This document shows, in pieces, positions 1-12,010 of a stretch of 64,000 bases of DNA. Positions within the stretch are counted from its first letter, which is position 1, and each line of letters begins with the position of its first letter. The position numbers and the translations under genes were made by a program. The notes under the pieces were generated by a model. The model saw only the letters and a list, made by a program, of their open reading frames with translations, had not been told where the DNA came from and made no database searches. Location of the stretch: contig OX597831.1 in assembly GCA_951406725.2 (NCBI GenBank), forward strand, positions 38,068,001-38,132,000. The letters run 5' to 3'. This DNA is from Octopus vulgaris (lineage: Eukaryota).

Positions 1-239
1 ATACTTCGAATTATATCTATATTCACATCGTTAACACTTTTCAAATTAGATAACGTTGTTCATAGTTTCCGGAGGAAAAGTAACACCACATCATACGGTA
101 ACCTCTTCAAATATAAATCTCGTTGTTGAACGTTCTAATGCAAGGCTAAACCATACACAAGCACATAGGACCTCTTTTCATACATGATTCTGGTATTCCT
201 TATTGAAACAATAAAGTGATTATAATAATCATTGTCATA

Positions 240-447
240 CTCATCATCATTATCCCTCTTCTTCTTCTTCTTCTTCTTCTTGTTCTTCTTCTTCTTGTTC
301 TTCTTGTTCTTCTTCTTCTTCTTCTTCTTCTACTTCTTCTTCTTCTCCTCCTCATTCTTCTTCTTCTTCTTCTTCTTCTTCACCGCCTCCTCCTCCTCCT
401 GCTTCCTCTTCGTCTTCTTCTCCCTATCATCATCATCATCATCATCA

Positions 448-484
<37 letters not shown>

Positions 485-495
485 CATTATTATTA

Positions 496-577
<82 letters not shown>

Positions 578-600
578 TATTATTATTATTATTATTATTA
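240..600. repeat. Compound trinucleotide microsatellite (CTT)n-(CAT)n-(ATT)n
   Basis: Directly visible runs; they explain the poly-L/F/I/N ORFs. Confidence 0.95.
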
Positions 601-601
601 A

Positions 602-757
602 GGCAGTGAGCTGGCAGAATCGTTAGCGCACCGGGGGAAATGCTCAGCATTAATTTCGTCTGCTGTTACGTTCTGAGTTCAAATTCAACCGAGGTCAACA
701 TTGCCTTTCATCCTTCCAGGAGTGGATAAAATTGGTACCAGTGACGCACTGGGATCC
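602..757 (+). mobile_element. tRNA-derived SINE, family A (diverged, 3'-truncated)
   Basis: GGCAGTGAGCTGGCAGAATCGTTAGC...GTTCTGAGTTCAAATTC...GCCTTTCATCCTT; same sequence as the copies at 31197, 45847 and 48559; B-box-like GAGTTCAAATTC. Confidence 0.75.
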
Positions 758-789
758 AAAAATACACTAAATGTTTGAAAAACTTTCCC

Positions 790-1140
790 TATTGCACCCA
801 GTTTGTGGCGGGCATGAATGTTACAGGAACAAGATTTCAGTTGTATATAAACCACTATATGAGCCAAGTCACCTCTATAACAAGATATAACAGAATCTTT
901 GAGATTTATGTAGAATGTGAGACATGTAAGTATTGCCAGTCGTTGTGTGCAGAGGAATGCACCAAGCACAATATGATTTATGTTGGTTGCACGACAGAAA
1001 AGTAAAATAGAAGATACAGCGTGGATAGGATTGACGTCAGTCACCATGGCTGTACTTCGACGGAATTTACACAACTCTTTACATCGAACGGTGAAACATT
1101 TGCGAATCAGCTTTAGTACACATTCTCATAAAATATTGTA
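790..1140 (+). pseudogene. Degenerate GIY-YIG endonuclease remnant of an older Penelope-like element
   Basis: Translation contains AEECTKHNMIYVGCTTEK*NRR, resembling the C-x(n)-YVG-x-T...R motif of PLE endonucleases; broken by a stop. Confidence 0.45.
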
Positions 1141-2901
1141 ACTCTACAGCACTATCGTTCTTCCTGAGACAAGATACGTACGTCACACATTGGTTGAAAG
1201 AACAAGAATATGACAAGAGAATTGCATATTTACAAAACAGTTTTGACTAAGTATTCTCTTTCCATTTTTTCTATTTTCTTCTTTCTTCTTAAAATTAATC
1301 TTCTTTTTACCAGTTGTGAAAAGCCAAGACGGATAACATTCTTTTGTCTAAAAAGGAACACCGGATATTTCAGTTCGAATTTTGAATTTCTGTATTCTGA
1401 CATAATTATAATTCGCTTTCAATTTTGAGCTCTAACAGGACAAACATGCTGTCGAAATTATTCAATTCATAACAGAAGCAATCTTTTGTTATTATATACC
1501 GTGTGGCCATCTTTTTACTGTGTAACAATATCAATAATACTTATACTTGATTAAGTAGAAGATCAGTAATTTAAAAATGAATAGTTGGTAGTTTATATTA
1601 CCGAATTGCTTTGAATGGAAGGCCGAACTTAAGGCAACGCAAGAGAGACTGAAAGCACAGCTTTCGAACACGCAAACAATTCTGTCAAACATGACCAGTG
1701 TTTTCTTGTTGTTAGTGATCTTGATGACTACGATGACGATGATGATAATGGTGTTGATGGGGTGGTGGTGATTTTTATCGTAATGCTGACGGTTGTAATA
1801 GTGTTGATGATAGTAGTGGTGATGAATGGTGGTGATGATGATGATGATGATGATGATGGAGAGGAGGAGGATAGTATAAAAAAGATCGAGGAGGAGGAGG
1901 AAAAAGAGGAGAAAATGGAAAGAGAAGATTATGGAAAAGCAACAAAATAAATTATTTTCTCACAAAAACAATTCAAATCCATTTAAAAATCGCGAAAAAA
2001 ATATATATAACGGTTAATTTTCAAAAAAAAAAAAATAAAAAGTGACTATTGAAAAATATGAATTGAAGTAAGAGAAATCTTAGAAAAAATATTTCTTGAA
2101 TTACGTGGAGAGAAATTGTATCTAACCAATTTCGAATTGGTCTGCCGAAGATATATTAGCAATTTCATGGTTTCATGGCTGCTTAATTTATAACTAACTC
2201 ACTTGTGCAAATTCTTGCCTCATCTCATCATTCTTTACATCTGGTTACAAACACAATTTCATATATATATATTTATATATATATATACATATATATACAT
2301 ATATATATATATACATATGTAGGATATATATATACACACACATATATATGTCTACTGTCTGCACCTGTGTTTGTACATGAATGTTTGCGTATGTATATAT
2401 GTGTGTGGATGCATGTGTGTCTGTGTGTGTACATGTATATATCGTCATCATCACCATCATTATCATCATCATCATCATTATACAACAGCGAAAACAAAGC
2501 AACCGATCAATGGACTCTACATCATACGTTGATTTGGAAGTGAATATTAGTCAAAGCAGTGGGCAAAATGTTTTGAAAAACATGTACAGGATCCTGGCGA
2601 ATTAGGAGGAAGCAAGGAAGGAAGGAAGGAAGGAAGGAAGGAAGGAAGGCAAGAAGGGGTGAATGAGAAAGGAATTTAACAGAGAGGAAAGGAAACCGAA
2701 TGGAACATACAAATCAGAAAATTCATAAACATTTCTTTGCGTCTGCATCAACCTGCAGAATTATATCTAAAAATGGAATCTTGACAAATACGATAAATAC
2801 GCAAATGGAGAACATAAAGTGTTAGCCAGATGAAGATTTTTAGGGATATCTACCTATCAATCTATTTCTATTTCTCTCTCACCCCTCTATCTCTCTCTCT
2901 T

Positions 2902-2942
<41 letters not shown>

Positions 2943-2982
2943 ATGCACCTATATATACACATATTATATATATATATATATA

Positions 2983-4228
2983 CAGGAGTTGGACAAAGTA
3001 ACGGAATTATCTTAAAATTTCAAACCAATGTGTTTTAATATGGGTTAGGACCGCCTTTGGCAGTAATTCCAGCATCAATTCTACGTGGTATGGACTCGTA
3101 CAAAGTTTTAATTGTTTCCAATGGAATTTTTGTACATTCTTCAGCGAAAACAGTTTCCTGTTCTTGTAGTGATGTTGGTGAAGGATATCGACTCCTTACT
3201 TGTTTTCTTCTAAAATGCACCATAAATTTTCAGTAATATTAAGATCTGGGGGCTGTTGTGGCCAGAGGTGTTCAACTTCATTAGAATGTTCCCCGTGCAA
3301 TTCAATAACAAATTTAGCTATGTGAATTGATACCTTATCATCCTGAAATATTGCGAATACGCAACCATAGGATTTTACCAGATAAAATACTTAAATAGAC
3401 TTAACTATTAATTCTGCCATGATGGGAAACCATTGGGCCGGAGGATTTTGAAGATATACCCCCACCTCTAAATCATCACAGATACTCCTCCATGTTTAAC
3501 AGTTGGAAGAAGGCACTCTGGGTCAAATGCTTCTTTTGGCTGTTTACACACGTATACTCGGCCGGGGGGCGGAAATAAGGAAGACTCATCCATGAAAATA
3601 ACATTTTCCCACTGCTCTGGGTACCAATTTCTGTAGGTTTTTTACTCCACTCTAAACGCTCTGCAACGTTTGCTTTTCAAAGTAATGATTTTCTGATTGC
3701 AATTCTCCCAAGAAATCCAGCTTTGTGCAGCTCTCGGTGAACAGTTTTTGAGGAAGCTGGTTCCTTGAGGTGGCATAAGCTCTTCGATCAATTTGGGCGC
3801 TGTACTTTTGTGATCCTTTCTAGCAATTCGCATAAGATTCCGACGGGCCTACCTGAAAGTTTTGGTTTTCATCCGGGGTTTTGTTTCGAACAGGAGAATT
3901 TCCCCACTTCCTCCAAAGCTGTCATTGCTTTCGAAACAGTACTTCTTGATACACCAAACATTTTGACTGTTTTCTTTACGCTAGCGCCTGCCATAAGAGT
4001 GCCCAAACTTTGACTTCTTTGAAAGTCCGATAGATCTGTCATTTTAATGAATTTTAATTACATTTTTGTGATGACATCTGAAAACCAACAGCAATTTTAG
4101 CAAAACGTATTAAACAACACTGATAATAAATCAAAAAACATAAGGCTAAACAAGATTTTGACGGTTTTATTGATATTACAAAATTATGATGCTATGATGC
4201 GAGGTGTTTCCATTAATCTGCCCAACCC

Positions 4229-4231
<3 letters not shown>
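2983..4231 (-). mobile_element. Tc1-family DNA transposon, decayed, about 1.25 kb
   Basis: Imperfect TIRs CAGGAGTTGGACAAAGTAACGGAA and TTCCATTAATCTGCCCAACCCCTG, TA at both ends, inserted in (TA)n; transposase remnants inside. Confidence 0.85.
3035..4042 (-). pseudogene. Tc1 transposase pseudogene
   Basis: N-terminus MTDLSDFQRSQ...FGVSRSTVSK (HTH-like) from the ATG at 4042; C-terminus IPLETIKTLYESIPRRIDAGITAKGGPNPY* typical of Tc1; multiple stops and frameshifts. Confidence 0.85.
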
Positions 4232-4308
<77 letters not shown>

Positions 4309-4396
4309 GGGGCGGGTTACGAAAAAACAAAAGACGAAGACAGGTGATGTACAAAACAAACAGATGTATTAGTATAACGCTCAGGAATTGAAAATG

Positions 4397-4433
4397 TCTT
4401 TTACGTTTCGAGCCTACGCTCTTCAACAGAAAG
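4397..4433 (-). ncRNA. Minimal hammerhead-like motif (A6 substituted)
   Basis: Minus strand CTTT CTGTTGA A GAGC-GTAG-GCTC GAAA CG TA AAAG. Confidence 0.4.
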
Positions 4434-4495
4434 GGACACACACACACACACATCTATATATATATGTAACATATATGTATATATATATATATATC

Positions 4496-4560
<65 letters not shown>

Positions 4561-5293
4561 GTGCAAAGAGACAATATTTAATTACAAGACGGATGGATAC
4601 ACGCTGTTCGAATTCTAGAGTTGGACTTACCTTGCCACATATATGCACTACACTAACGAACACCCATCACTCCTACCTACGCCCTAAAGAAGACGAAGAA
4701 ACGTCATATCGTAGCATTTACATTCCTGGTTCTCTAGAAAAGACTTATTAATGCAGCCTTATTAATAAGTTGTTTCTAGATTTTCCTTTTATTTTCTTTC
4801 TTTTTCTTGTATCAATTATTATTTTTTTCCTTTTTGCTCTGAGTGTGCTTCAGGTAATTTTTCTTCTTGTGACAGATCTACGTCCAGTTCTTTATAACAC
4901 ATTCTCTTTCCACTGGAGCTTTAAGCCAATGACCAACTTACTGAGATTTGTTCTGCTTTGTCTCCGTATTTATTGTTTATTGTCTTCAAGCTGTATGTAG
5001 CCTTCTTTCAACACTCGTTCCCCTTACATTTTAATAACAAACGCCGGAATTTCTTTTGTGTCTTACTCATTGTAGCCTCAAGGAATCCAGTCGTTTAGAT
5101 CGGATTGTGTAGCAATTTCTCATTTTTTTCATCCATCGTGTCTTCCCATCTATTCCGAGTTCGTTTCCATAATCACAAGTAATAATATCTAAACCTGTTG
5201 TAATTGTCTTGGCATTTCGAGTAAACCATTTTCTTACTATTCAAGTCGATTATTTCCAAAAATAGTGTATATATACCTATATATAATTTTGTA

Positions 5294-5391
<98 letters not shown>

Positions 5392-5627
5392 ACTGATTAG
5401 AAGATCGAAAATCTACCTGAAGATTGTCGGAGCAAACATGAAACATTTGTAGTGGCGGTTTATTTAATTTATATTAAAATTTTATGTATTGATTAAGTCT
5501 TTCCTTGTTTGGTTTTAAAATAGTGGTTTTGTCTCGAATTATATTATATAATATTTTACTATAAAATTGGATTTAACCCTAAATCTGATTTTTCCCTGTA
5601 ATTTTGGATTCATTCCCTAATATTTAT

Positions 5628-5688
<61 letters not shown>

Positions 5689-6661
5689 CACGCACATAAA
5701 TATAAATATAAATATAAATTCATAGGTATATATATATATATATATATTGATTGATCGATTGCCAACACATGTTGTTCTGGAGATGTAGATATGAATTGAA
5801 TTGATTATATATTTGAGTACCTTAACTGATGCGATGATAGCCAGTTGGGGGAAAAATTTAGTCTTATATGTGTGCTTGCATGTGCGTATGCACGAGCGCT
5901 TGTATGTGTGCGTGCGTTATATATTAAATATACGTATATATGTGTCTCCATGTACTTTCAGAGAATGACTTGTAAAAGTACGTATAAACGTGATGCTATC
6001 GAGAGAGGGGGTCGACTTACATGTACATAGGAATGTACATATGTAGTTATTTATTCTGATATACATACAGGTATATATAAAAGCTAAATACATATTCATT
6101 TATTTACATATCCATGCCTACAAATGCTCACATAGTGCTAATGCATATGTATATATAGTTTTCATATGTTTGTGAGTATGTATGTGTCCGTGTGCATATA
6201 CATAAATACAAATATATATTTGTGCATATTTATATATACAAATATATACATATATATATAAATGAAAATTTACATCCTTCTACACATAAGCATGTATGAA
6301 TGTGAACATACACACGATACAGCATATGTGTACCGTTACCCAAATTGAGAGTCAGTGCTGGGAGATGGCTGAAGATTTTTCAATCAATTGTTTGAAGAAA
6401 TGGAAAGTAAGTGTTTATGAGTGAAAGAAACAAATGTAAAACAGAAAGAAACAACGAAAAAATTTTCTAAATCTTGTAAATAAAACGAAATTTCTTTGTT
6501 CGGTTTTTTATTGTAGATATTTCTTTATCCTTTATTCGCTTTATCTTGTCTTCTCTGCTCGCACCCACTCCCCATTTGATATGATTCTTCCGAAAATTGC
6601 TATATAGTACTTTATCAAAGATAAATACGAATAAATTCATAGCAAAAGATAAAGAAATAAA

Positions 6662-6695
6662 CTTAATAATAATAACAATAATAATAATAATAATG

Positions 6696-6771
<76 letters not shown>

Positions 6772-6822
6772 TAATAATAATAATAATAATAATAACAACA
6801 ACAACAACATCAATAATAATCA
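6662..6822. repeat. (AAT)n/(AAC)n microsatellite
   Basis: Directly visible. Confidence 0.95.
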
Positions 6823-7284
6823 TATCCATAGAAATTTTAAAAAAAGAAACAAAATATATTAAAATGCATTTTAACATGAAATGAAATTAATTTTCTTTCC
6901 CTCTTCTCAAACATTTAGCGTTGAAATATCAACAAAAAATTACGAATAAAAATAAGTATACAAACAAAACATTGTGTGTGTGTGTGTGTGTTTGCGTGCG
7001 AGCATAAGTGCGTGCATACGTACACACATATATATATATTTAGTTTAGTGCATGCATAAACACACATATGGATAATACGCATGCACACATATATGTATAT
7101 ACGTAACTCAATGCAAAGCTTGTTTATTGCATGTGATATAAATTTATTTTATATATATGTAGATAGATTATCTATATTCATTGTGAAAATTATACACATC
7201 CACTGACATACATACGGACATAATGACACGTATACGCAAAAAAACGTACATGAATACATACACACATACACATATGTGTGTGTG

Positions 7285-7332
<48 letters not shown>

Positions 7333-7657
7333 GTGGCAACGCATATATGCGCATGTTTATATGTGTATGTATACTTCTGTGTGTATGTATGTATGTATAT
7401 AAGGAAATAAAAATATATTTCTTCATAATCTTATTTCTGTTCACTACTTCATCATACATACATACATCGCATTCTTATTCTTTCTCTCTAATTATCGTAT
7501 ATATTTTATGCTGTTTTATGTATATGTATATATATATATTGTTATATTTCGGAATGGTCATATTGCCAGTTTAGCCAATAAAAACACACGCACTATATAT
7601 TTGGTGTTATTTTGCTTCAGTGATATTTATTTTTTACATTAATCTTAATCTTATTTC

Positions 7658-7702
7658 GGCCAAAGTTCTTTCGTCACACTCCTGTGACCGAATCAGTGGT
7701 CC
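7658..7702 (-). ncRNA. Hammerhead-like motif in the inverted pLTR (core variant CTGATTCG)
   Basis: Reverse complement of the motif at 9626-9670 with a G8-to-T change. Confidence 0.4.
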
Positions 7703-8221
7703 TTTGTTTTCTTCTCACTTACTTGTGTCTCTCCTTACTAACCGTCAGCCATTTTGTATTTCTATTGTATGTCTTCATTTGCGCATGCTTATATCTCTAT
7801 GTGCGTCTATGTTTATTTAGTGTGTTGGGGGGGGGATCTCTGTAATATTTGTATCTTCTGGTTACATACATTCTTGTAATTTGTATTTTGTTTTTGTTGT
7901 TGTTGCTTTTGTTCTAATTTTGTTCATGTGTTTACATCCACCCATTATTATCATTACATATGCTTGTATGTATGTATAACAACAATATTAGTAATAATAA
8001 TAATAAATCTAATCGAGAAAAAAAAAAAAAAAAAAAGAATATACATATACATATATATATATATATACATACACATACATATACATATATATATATACAT
8101 ATATACACACATATATACACATATACATATACATATATATACACATATACATACACATAGATATTCATTTCTATTTCTTTAATTACCTGTGTATTTATTA
8201 TGTTTGCAGGATCCACTATTG

Positions 8222-9317
8222 TCATATGTTGTGGTGTGCGCTATTGCTCCATTCTAGTTTTCTATTCAGGCTAGGTTTATTTTCTATTATATGTGTAGCT
8301 TCTGTAATTTGTCTAATTGTTGCATCTGTTCTATGTGTGGACAATATCTTAATCTCTATGTTATTGATTGATCCCCCGTGTTCTTGTTCGGCGTGTTGGT
8401 ACAGAATCGATGAGCTTTTACCTTCATGAGTTGTCTCCAATGTTCATTCACCCGCTCAACAATGCTTCTTGCAGTTTCCCCTACGTATGTTACTGTCTTG
8501 TTACTGCATCGTCCCTCTATACATCTTATACTATAGACCACATTTCTGGCTTTACAGTTCGTTTGTGGGCTAAATCTACATACAGTGCAATAATTATCCG
8601 TACAGAGAGTTCTACTAAAAGGATAGGTTCTACCAATTATAGATCTGATAGGGTTGCCTGGCTTTTCAACAACCTTAATTCTTAGTTTAAGTTTATCTAG
8701 GGTCCTTCTAAAGCGGTACGCTAGTTCACCTCCAGGGGTGGTGTCAACGAACATGACACTCTGGTATTTATGGCTATCATACCAAGAGTTGGCCTTCCTT
8801 ATTTTCTTTTTTGTCCTTTCTATAGTGTTCCATGACTTGTTCCTATAGAGTGGGCAAATCCCATTCCTATCATTACATAATATATTATCAAATTTCTTCA
8901 TGGCTCCTTTGTATACTCTGATCCTTTCTTTATGGCTGTAACCTGAGAACTGCATGCGGTGAATGAAATACTGTATGTGTCTCTTTAATTCTGTAGGCTC
9001 GCACATGCGTGACACATTTCTCATTATTCTGACGAGGTCTGCCATCAAAATATTGAATTTGGCATTGCCCGCAATGGCTGAGTTCCGGTGGATCAGGTAT
9101 TTTGAGGCCATAGGTTTTGCATAGTATGAATGAAGGATTTGGGTTTTATTTTTCACAATTTCTAGCCAGAGTTCAGTGTCTAGTACTGGTAGTCTATGGT
9201 TGGGGTGTTTAGTGGGGTAGTCTATTGTGACCTTAATACTCTGGTGGATGGAGTTAGCTATTTGCTGGATGCTCTCCATAGTATTAGTTTCTATTACTAT
9301 ATCAACCGTACTCTCTT
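8222..9317 (-). pseudogene. Truncated, frameshifted PLE RT-thumb/GIY-YIG coding region
   Basis: ORF 8356-9279 is almost identical to the C-terminal part of ORF 12011-13687; 1-nt frameshift near 8427 (CAACTCATGAAGG vs CAACTCAAGGAAGG). Confidence 0.9.
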
Positions 9318-9848
9318 ATTATTATTATTATTATTACTAATATTGTTGTTATACATACATACAAGCATATGTACTGATAATAATGGGTGGATGTAAACAC
9401 ATGAACAAAATTAGAACAAAAGCAACAACAACAAAAACAAAATACAAATTACAAGAATGTATGTAACCAGAAGATACAAATATTACAGACATCCCCCCCC
9501 CAACACACTAAATAAACATAGACGCACATAGAGATATAAGCATGCGCAAATGAAGACATACAATAGAAATACAAAATGGCTGACGGTTAGTAAGGAGAGA
9601 CACAAGTAAGTGAGAAGAAAACAAAGGACCACTGATGCGGTCACAGGAGTGTGACGAAAGAACTTTGGCCGAAATAAGATTAAGATTAATGTAAAAAATA
9701 AATATCACTGAAGCAAAATAACACCAAATATATAGTGCGTGTGTTTTTATTGGCTAAACTGGCAATATGACCATTCCGAAATATAACAATATCTGTTTCA
9801 ACACACGACTTCACATAAAAAATCTTACACAACAAATATTTAAACGTA
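9318..9848 (+). repeat. 5' pseudo-LTR of the PLE (direct repeat containing the ORF start codon)
   Basis: Near-identical to about 13908-14434; the ATG at 9767 lies inside the repeat, as expected for partial-tandem PLE organisation. Confidence 0.92.
9626..9670 (+). ncRNA. Minimal type I hammerhead-like motif in the 5' pLTR
   Basis: GGACCA CTGATGCG GTCAC-AGGAGT-GTGAC GAAA GAAC TT TGGCC: stem I, near-canonical core, 5-bp stem II, very short stem III. Confidence 0.5.
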
Positions 9849-11956
9849 CTAACGTGAGCCACAGCCAGGCTTGCAAGATGCTGAAGAACACTATATTTTG
9901 TTGCCTAAAGAAAACTGTGACAACGCAACAGCTTCGTTTTATAAAACAATGTGTCTCGTCCAGGATATGTATCAACAAGGTCACAGCCAACGTTAAACGG
10001 CTTGACCTCACTAACGGACAAGCGGAAAGACTAAAAAGGACGCTAATGGTAAATATTAGAAATAGAATATACAGAGAGCTGAGCGAACAAGAGAAGCGTA
10101 AACGTATATTTTTAAAAGAAATTAAAAGTATCACCACACGAAAGGAGAAAACCTTAATAATGGATATAATATATGAAGAAAACAGACATGTAATACACCA
10201 ATGCAATATCCATTTTAAGAGGAAGTTATCGTGGTTGAAACAGAAACGTCAATATGAGCTCGCAAAGGAAGAAAAGCAGAAGTATCCAGATACAATAAAT
10301 GGAATTATTATGGAAGATGTGCTACTACCAGAAGAGTTCAATAAAGACAATGAAGCGAACATCTATGGGGGAGTAACAACGGACCCAGATGAAATATCGA
10401 TACTTCAACTACCACCAAAGTATGCAGTGTATAGTAAAGTGAATACCATCAAATGCCTGTCCGAGATTGAAAAGTCGTTCACAAAAATACGTTGGAATTT
10501 AAATAGATACTATGACAACACTTGCGACAACAACAACAACGCGAAAAACACTAACCGCAGCAACAACACAAACAATAATGACCGCAACAATAACAACCGT
10601 AGCAACAAAAGCAACACGAACCCTAACAGCGGCAACAACAACAACAACACGAACCCTAACAGCGACAACAACAATAACAATAGAAAAAATGTATGCATAG
10701 ACACAAACAATAGATACAAAAACAAAAACACAAACAGAGAGAGAAAAATCGTATACAACAGCAACAACAACAACAATTATAGGGAGAACCGACACACAAA
10801 CACACACACAGATAGCCATAGTCACAAAAACACGAATAAAAGTTGTGTCATAGGGGTCACGATGGAGAATAAAGTTGAATGCAACAGGATCCTTGGACAG
10901 GGAGTCAGCGGACTTGAAACAGATAACAATATTCATAGGAACAAAAATAACGACCGCAACAAGGGGATTGACAGGGACCAACAGACAGACATAAAACCCA
11001 ACACTAATATAAACAACACATACACCAGAAACAGGAACAATGAATATATCACTAGCGATGATAGTAATAATGGCAATGGTAGGAATAAAGGTAATAACAA
11101 TAATAGTGGTAGTAGTAGTGGTGATGGTAACAGTAGAAGTAGTAATGAGGATAGTAGTGATAGTTGTGGTGGTAATAGGAATACTAGTAGTAGTAGTAGT
11201 AGTGGTAATGGTGATAATAATAATAGGAAGGCTGATGTTGGAAACAGTAACGATAATGAAGATAACCCTAGAGAGACCATTGACATGTATACCCATCCCT
11301 TTGACACTCAATTCTTCAATGTATGCGACAAAACTTACTGCATGAACCGAATTTATCCAACAACATTACCCTTCAACAAAAGGGTATACATCCCAAGACG
11401 TACTAATGACCACATGGAAGCACAGTTCACTATAGCTAGGACCAAACTTAGACAGATTTTAGGTTTATACATTAAGAGACAGAGACAGAATAAGACAGAT
11501 GCCCAACAACTAGGGATTAAACCTGCATGTGGCCTACAGAAGCTCATTCAGCGCACGAGGAACGGAGAGGTGATATGCCTTCCCACGGATAAGTCAGGCA
11601 GGATGTCAATAGACAGCTTACCGAACTACATCCAGGCAATGCAACCTCATATCGCCAATACAAAAGTAACAACTGTACAGGCGCATGAGGAGAGAGAAAA
11701 GGTCCTCAATGCCCACATGATGATGTGGACAATTGTTCTGGGACCTCAGAAACGTACTGCAAAGAATTTCCAAGCCTGGAACAATGATATCCCGGCACTG
11801 TATGGACTTCGCAAGGACCATAAAGGTTTTACTGACCCTATAGCAGGACCACCAACAAGACCAGTCTGTGGAGCGAATATCGCTAGCAATTACAGAATCT
11901 CCTACTTCCTCTCAATGATCATACGCCCTATAATCAGGATGTCACCTGATGTATGA
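9767..11956 (+). CDS. PLE polyprotein, N-terminal part (N-terminal domain, low-complexity insert, first RT motifs); ends at an in-frame TGA
   Basis: 729-aa ORF with PLE motifs LPPKYAV, PTDKSGR, PALYGLRKDHK and RPVC; the same frame stays open after TGA 11954-11956. Confidence 0.85.
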   Translation: MTIPKYNNICFNTRLHIKNLTQQIFKRTNVSHSQACKMLKNTIFCCLKKTVTTQQLRFIKQCVSSRICINKVTANVKRLDLTNGQAERLKRTLMVNIRNRIYRELSEQEKRKRIFLKEIKSITTRKEKTLIMDIIYEENRHVIHQCNIHFKRKLSWLKQKRQYELAKEEKQKYPDTINGIIMEDVLLPEEFNKDNEANIYGGVTTDPDEISILQLPPKYAVYSKVNTIKCLSEIEKSFTKIRWNLNRYYDNTCDNNNNAKNTNRSNNTNNNDRNNNNRSNKSNTNPNSGNNNNNTNPNSDNNNNNRKNVCIDTNNRYKNKNTNRERKIVYNSNNNNNYRENRHTNTHTDSHSHKNTNKSCVIGVTMENKVECNRILGQGVSGLETDNNIHRNKNNDRNKGIDRDQQTDIKPNTNINNTYTRNRNNEYITSDDSNNGNGRNKGNNNNSGSSSGDGNSRSSNEDSSDSCGGNRNTSSSSSSGNGDNNNRKADVGNSNDNEDNPRETIDMYTHPFDTQFFNVCDKTYCMNRIYPTTLPFNKRVYIPRRTNDHMEAQFTIARTKLRQILGLYIKRQRQNKTDAQQLGIKPACGLQKLIQRTRNGEVICLPTDKSGRMSIDSLPNYIQAMQPHIANTKVTTVQAHEEREKVLNAHMMMWTIVLGPQKRTAKNFQAWNNDIPALYGLRKDHKGFTDPIAGPPTRPVCGANIASNYRISYFLSMIIRPIIRMSPDV

Positions 11957-12010
11957 GACAGCACAGAAGATCTCCTAAGCAGGATCAGTGACTGTAACAA
12001 AACTTGTGAC

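Larger units (their letters stand above)
7536..9317 (-). mobile_element. Inverted, 5'-truncated copy of the PLE (3' part of RT, EN and 3' pLTR)
   Basis: Reverse complement of about 12591-14377 with only a few differences. Confidence 0.95.

Noticed and set aside
10499-11345. Antisense and alternative-frame ORFs over the PLE insert
   Set aside because: By-products of low-complexity AAC/AGT repeats overlapping the real ORF.
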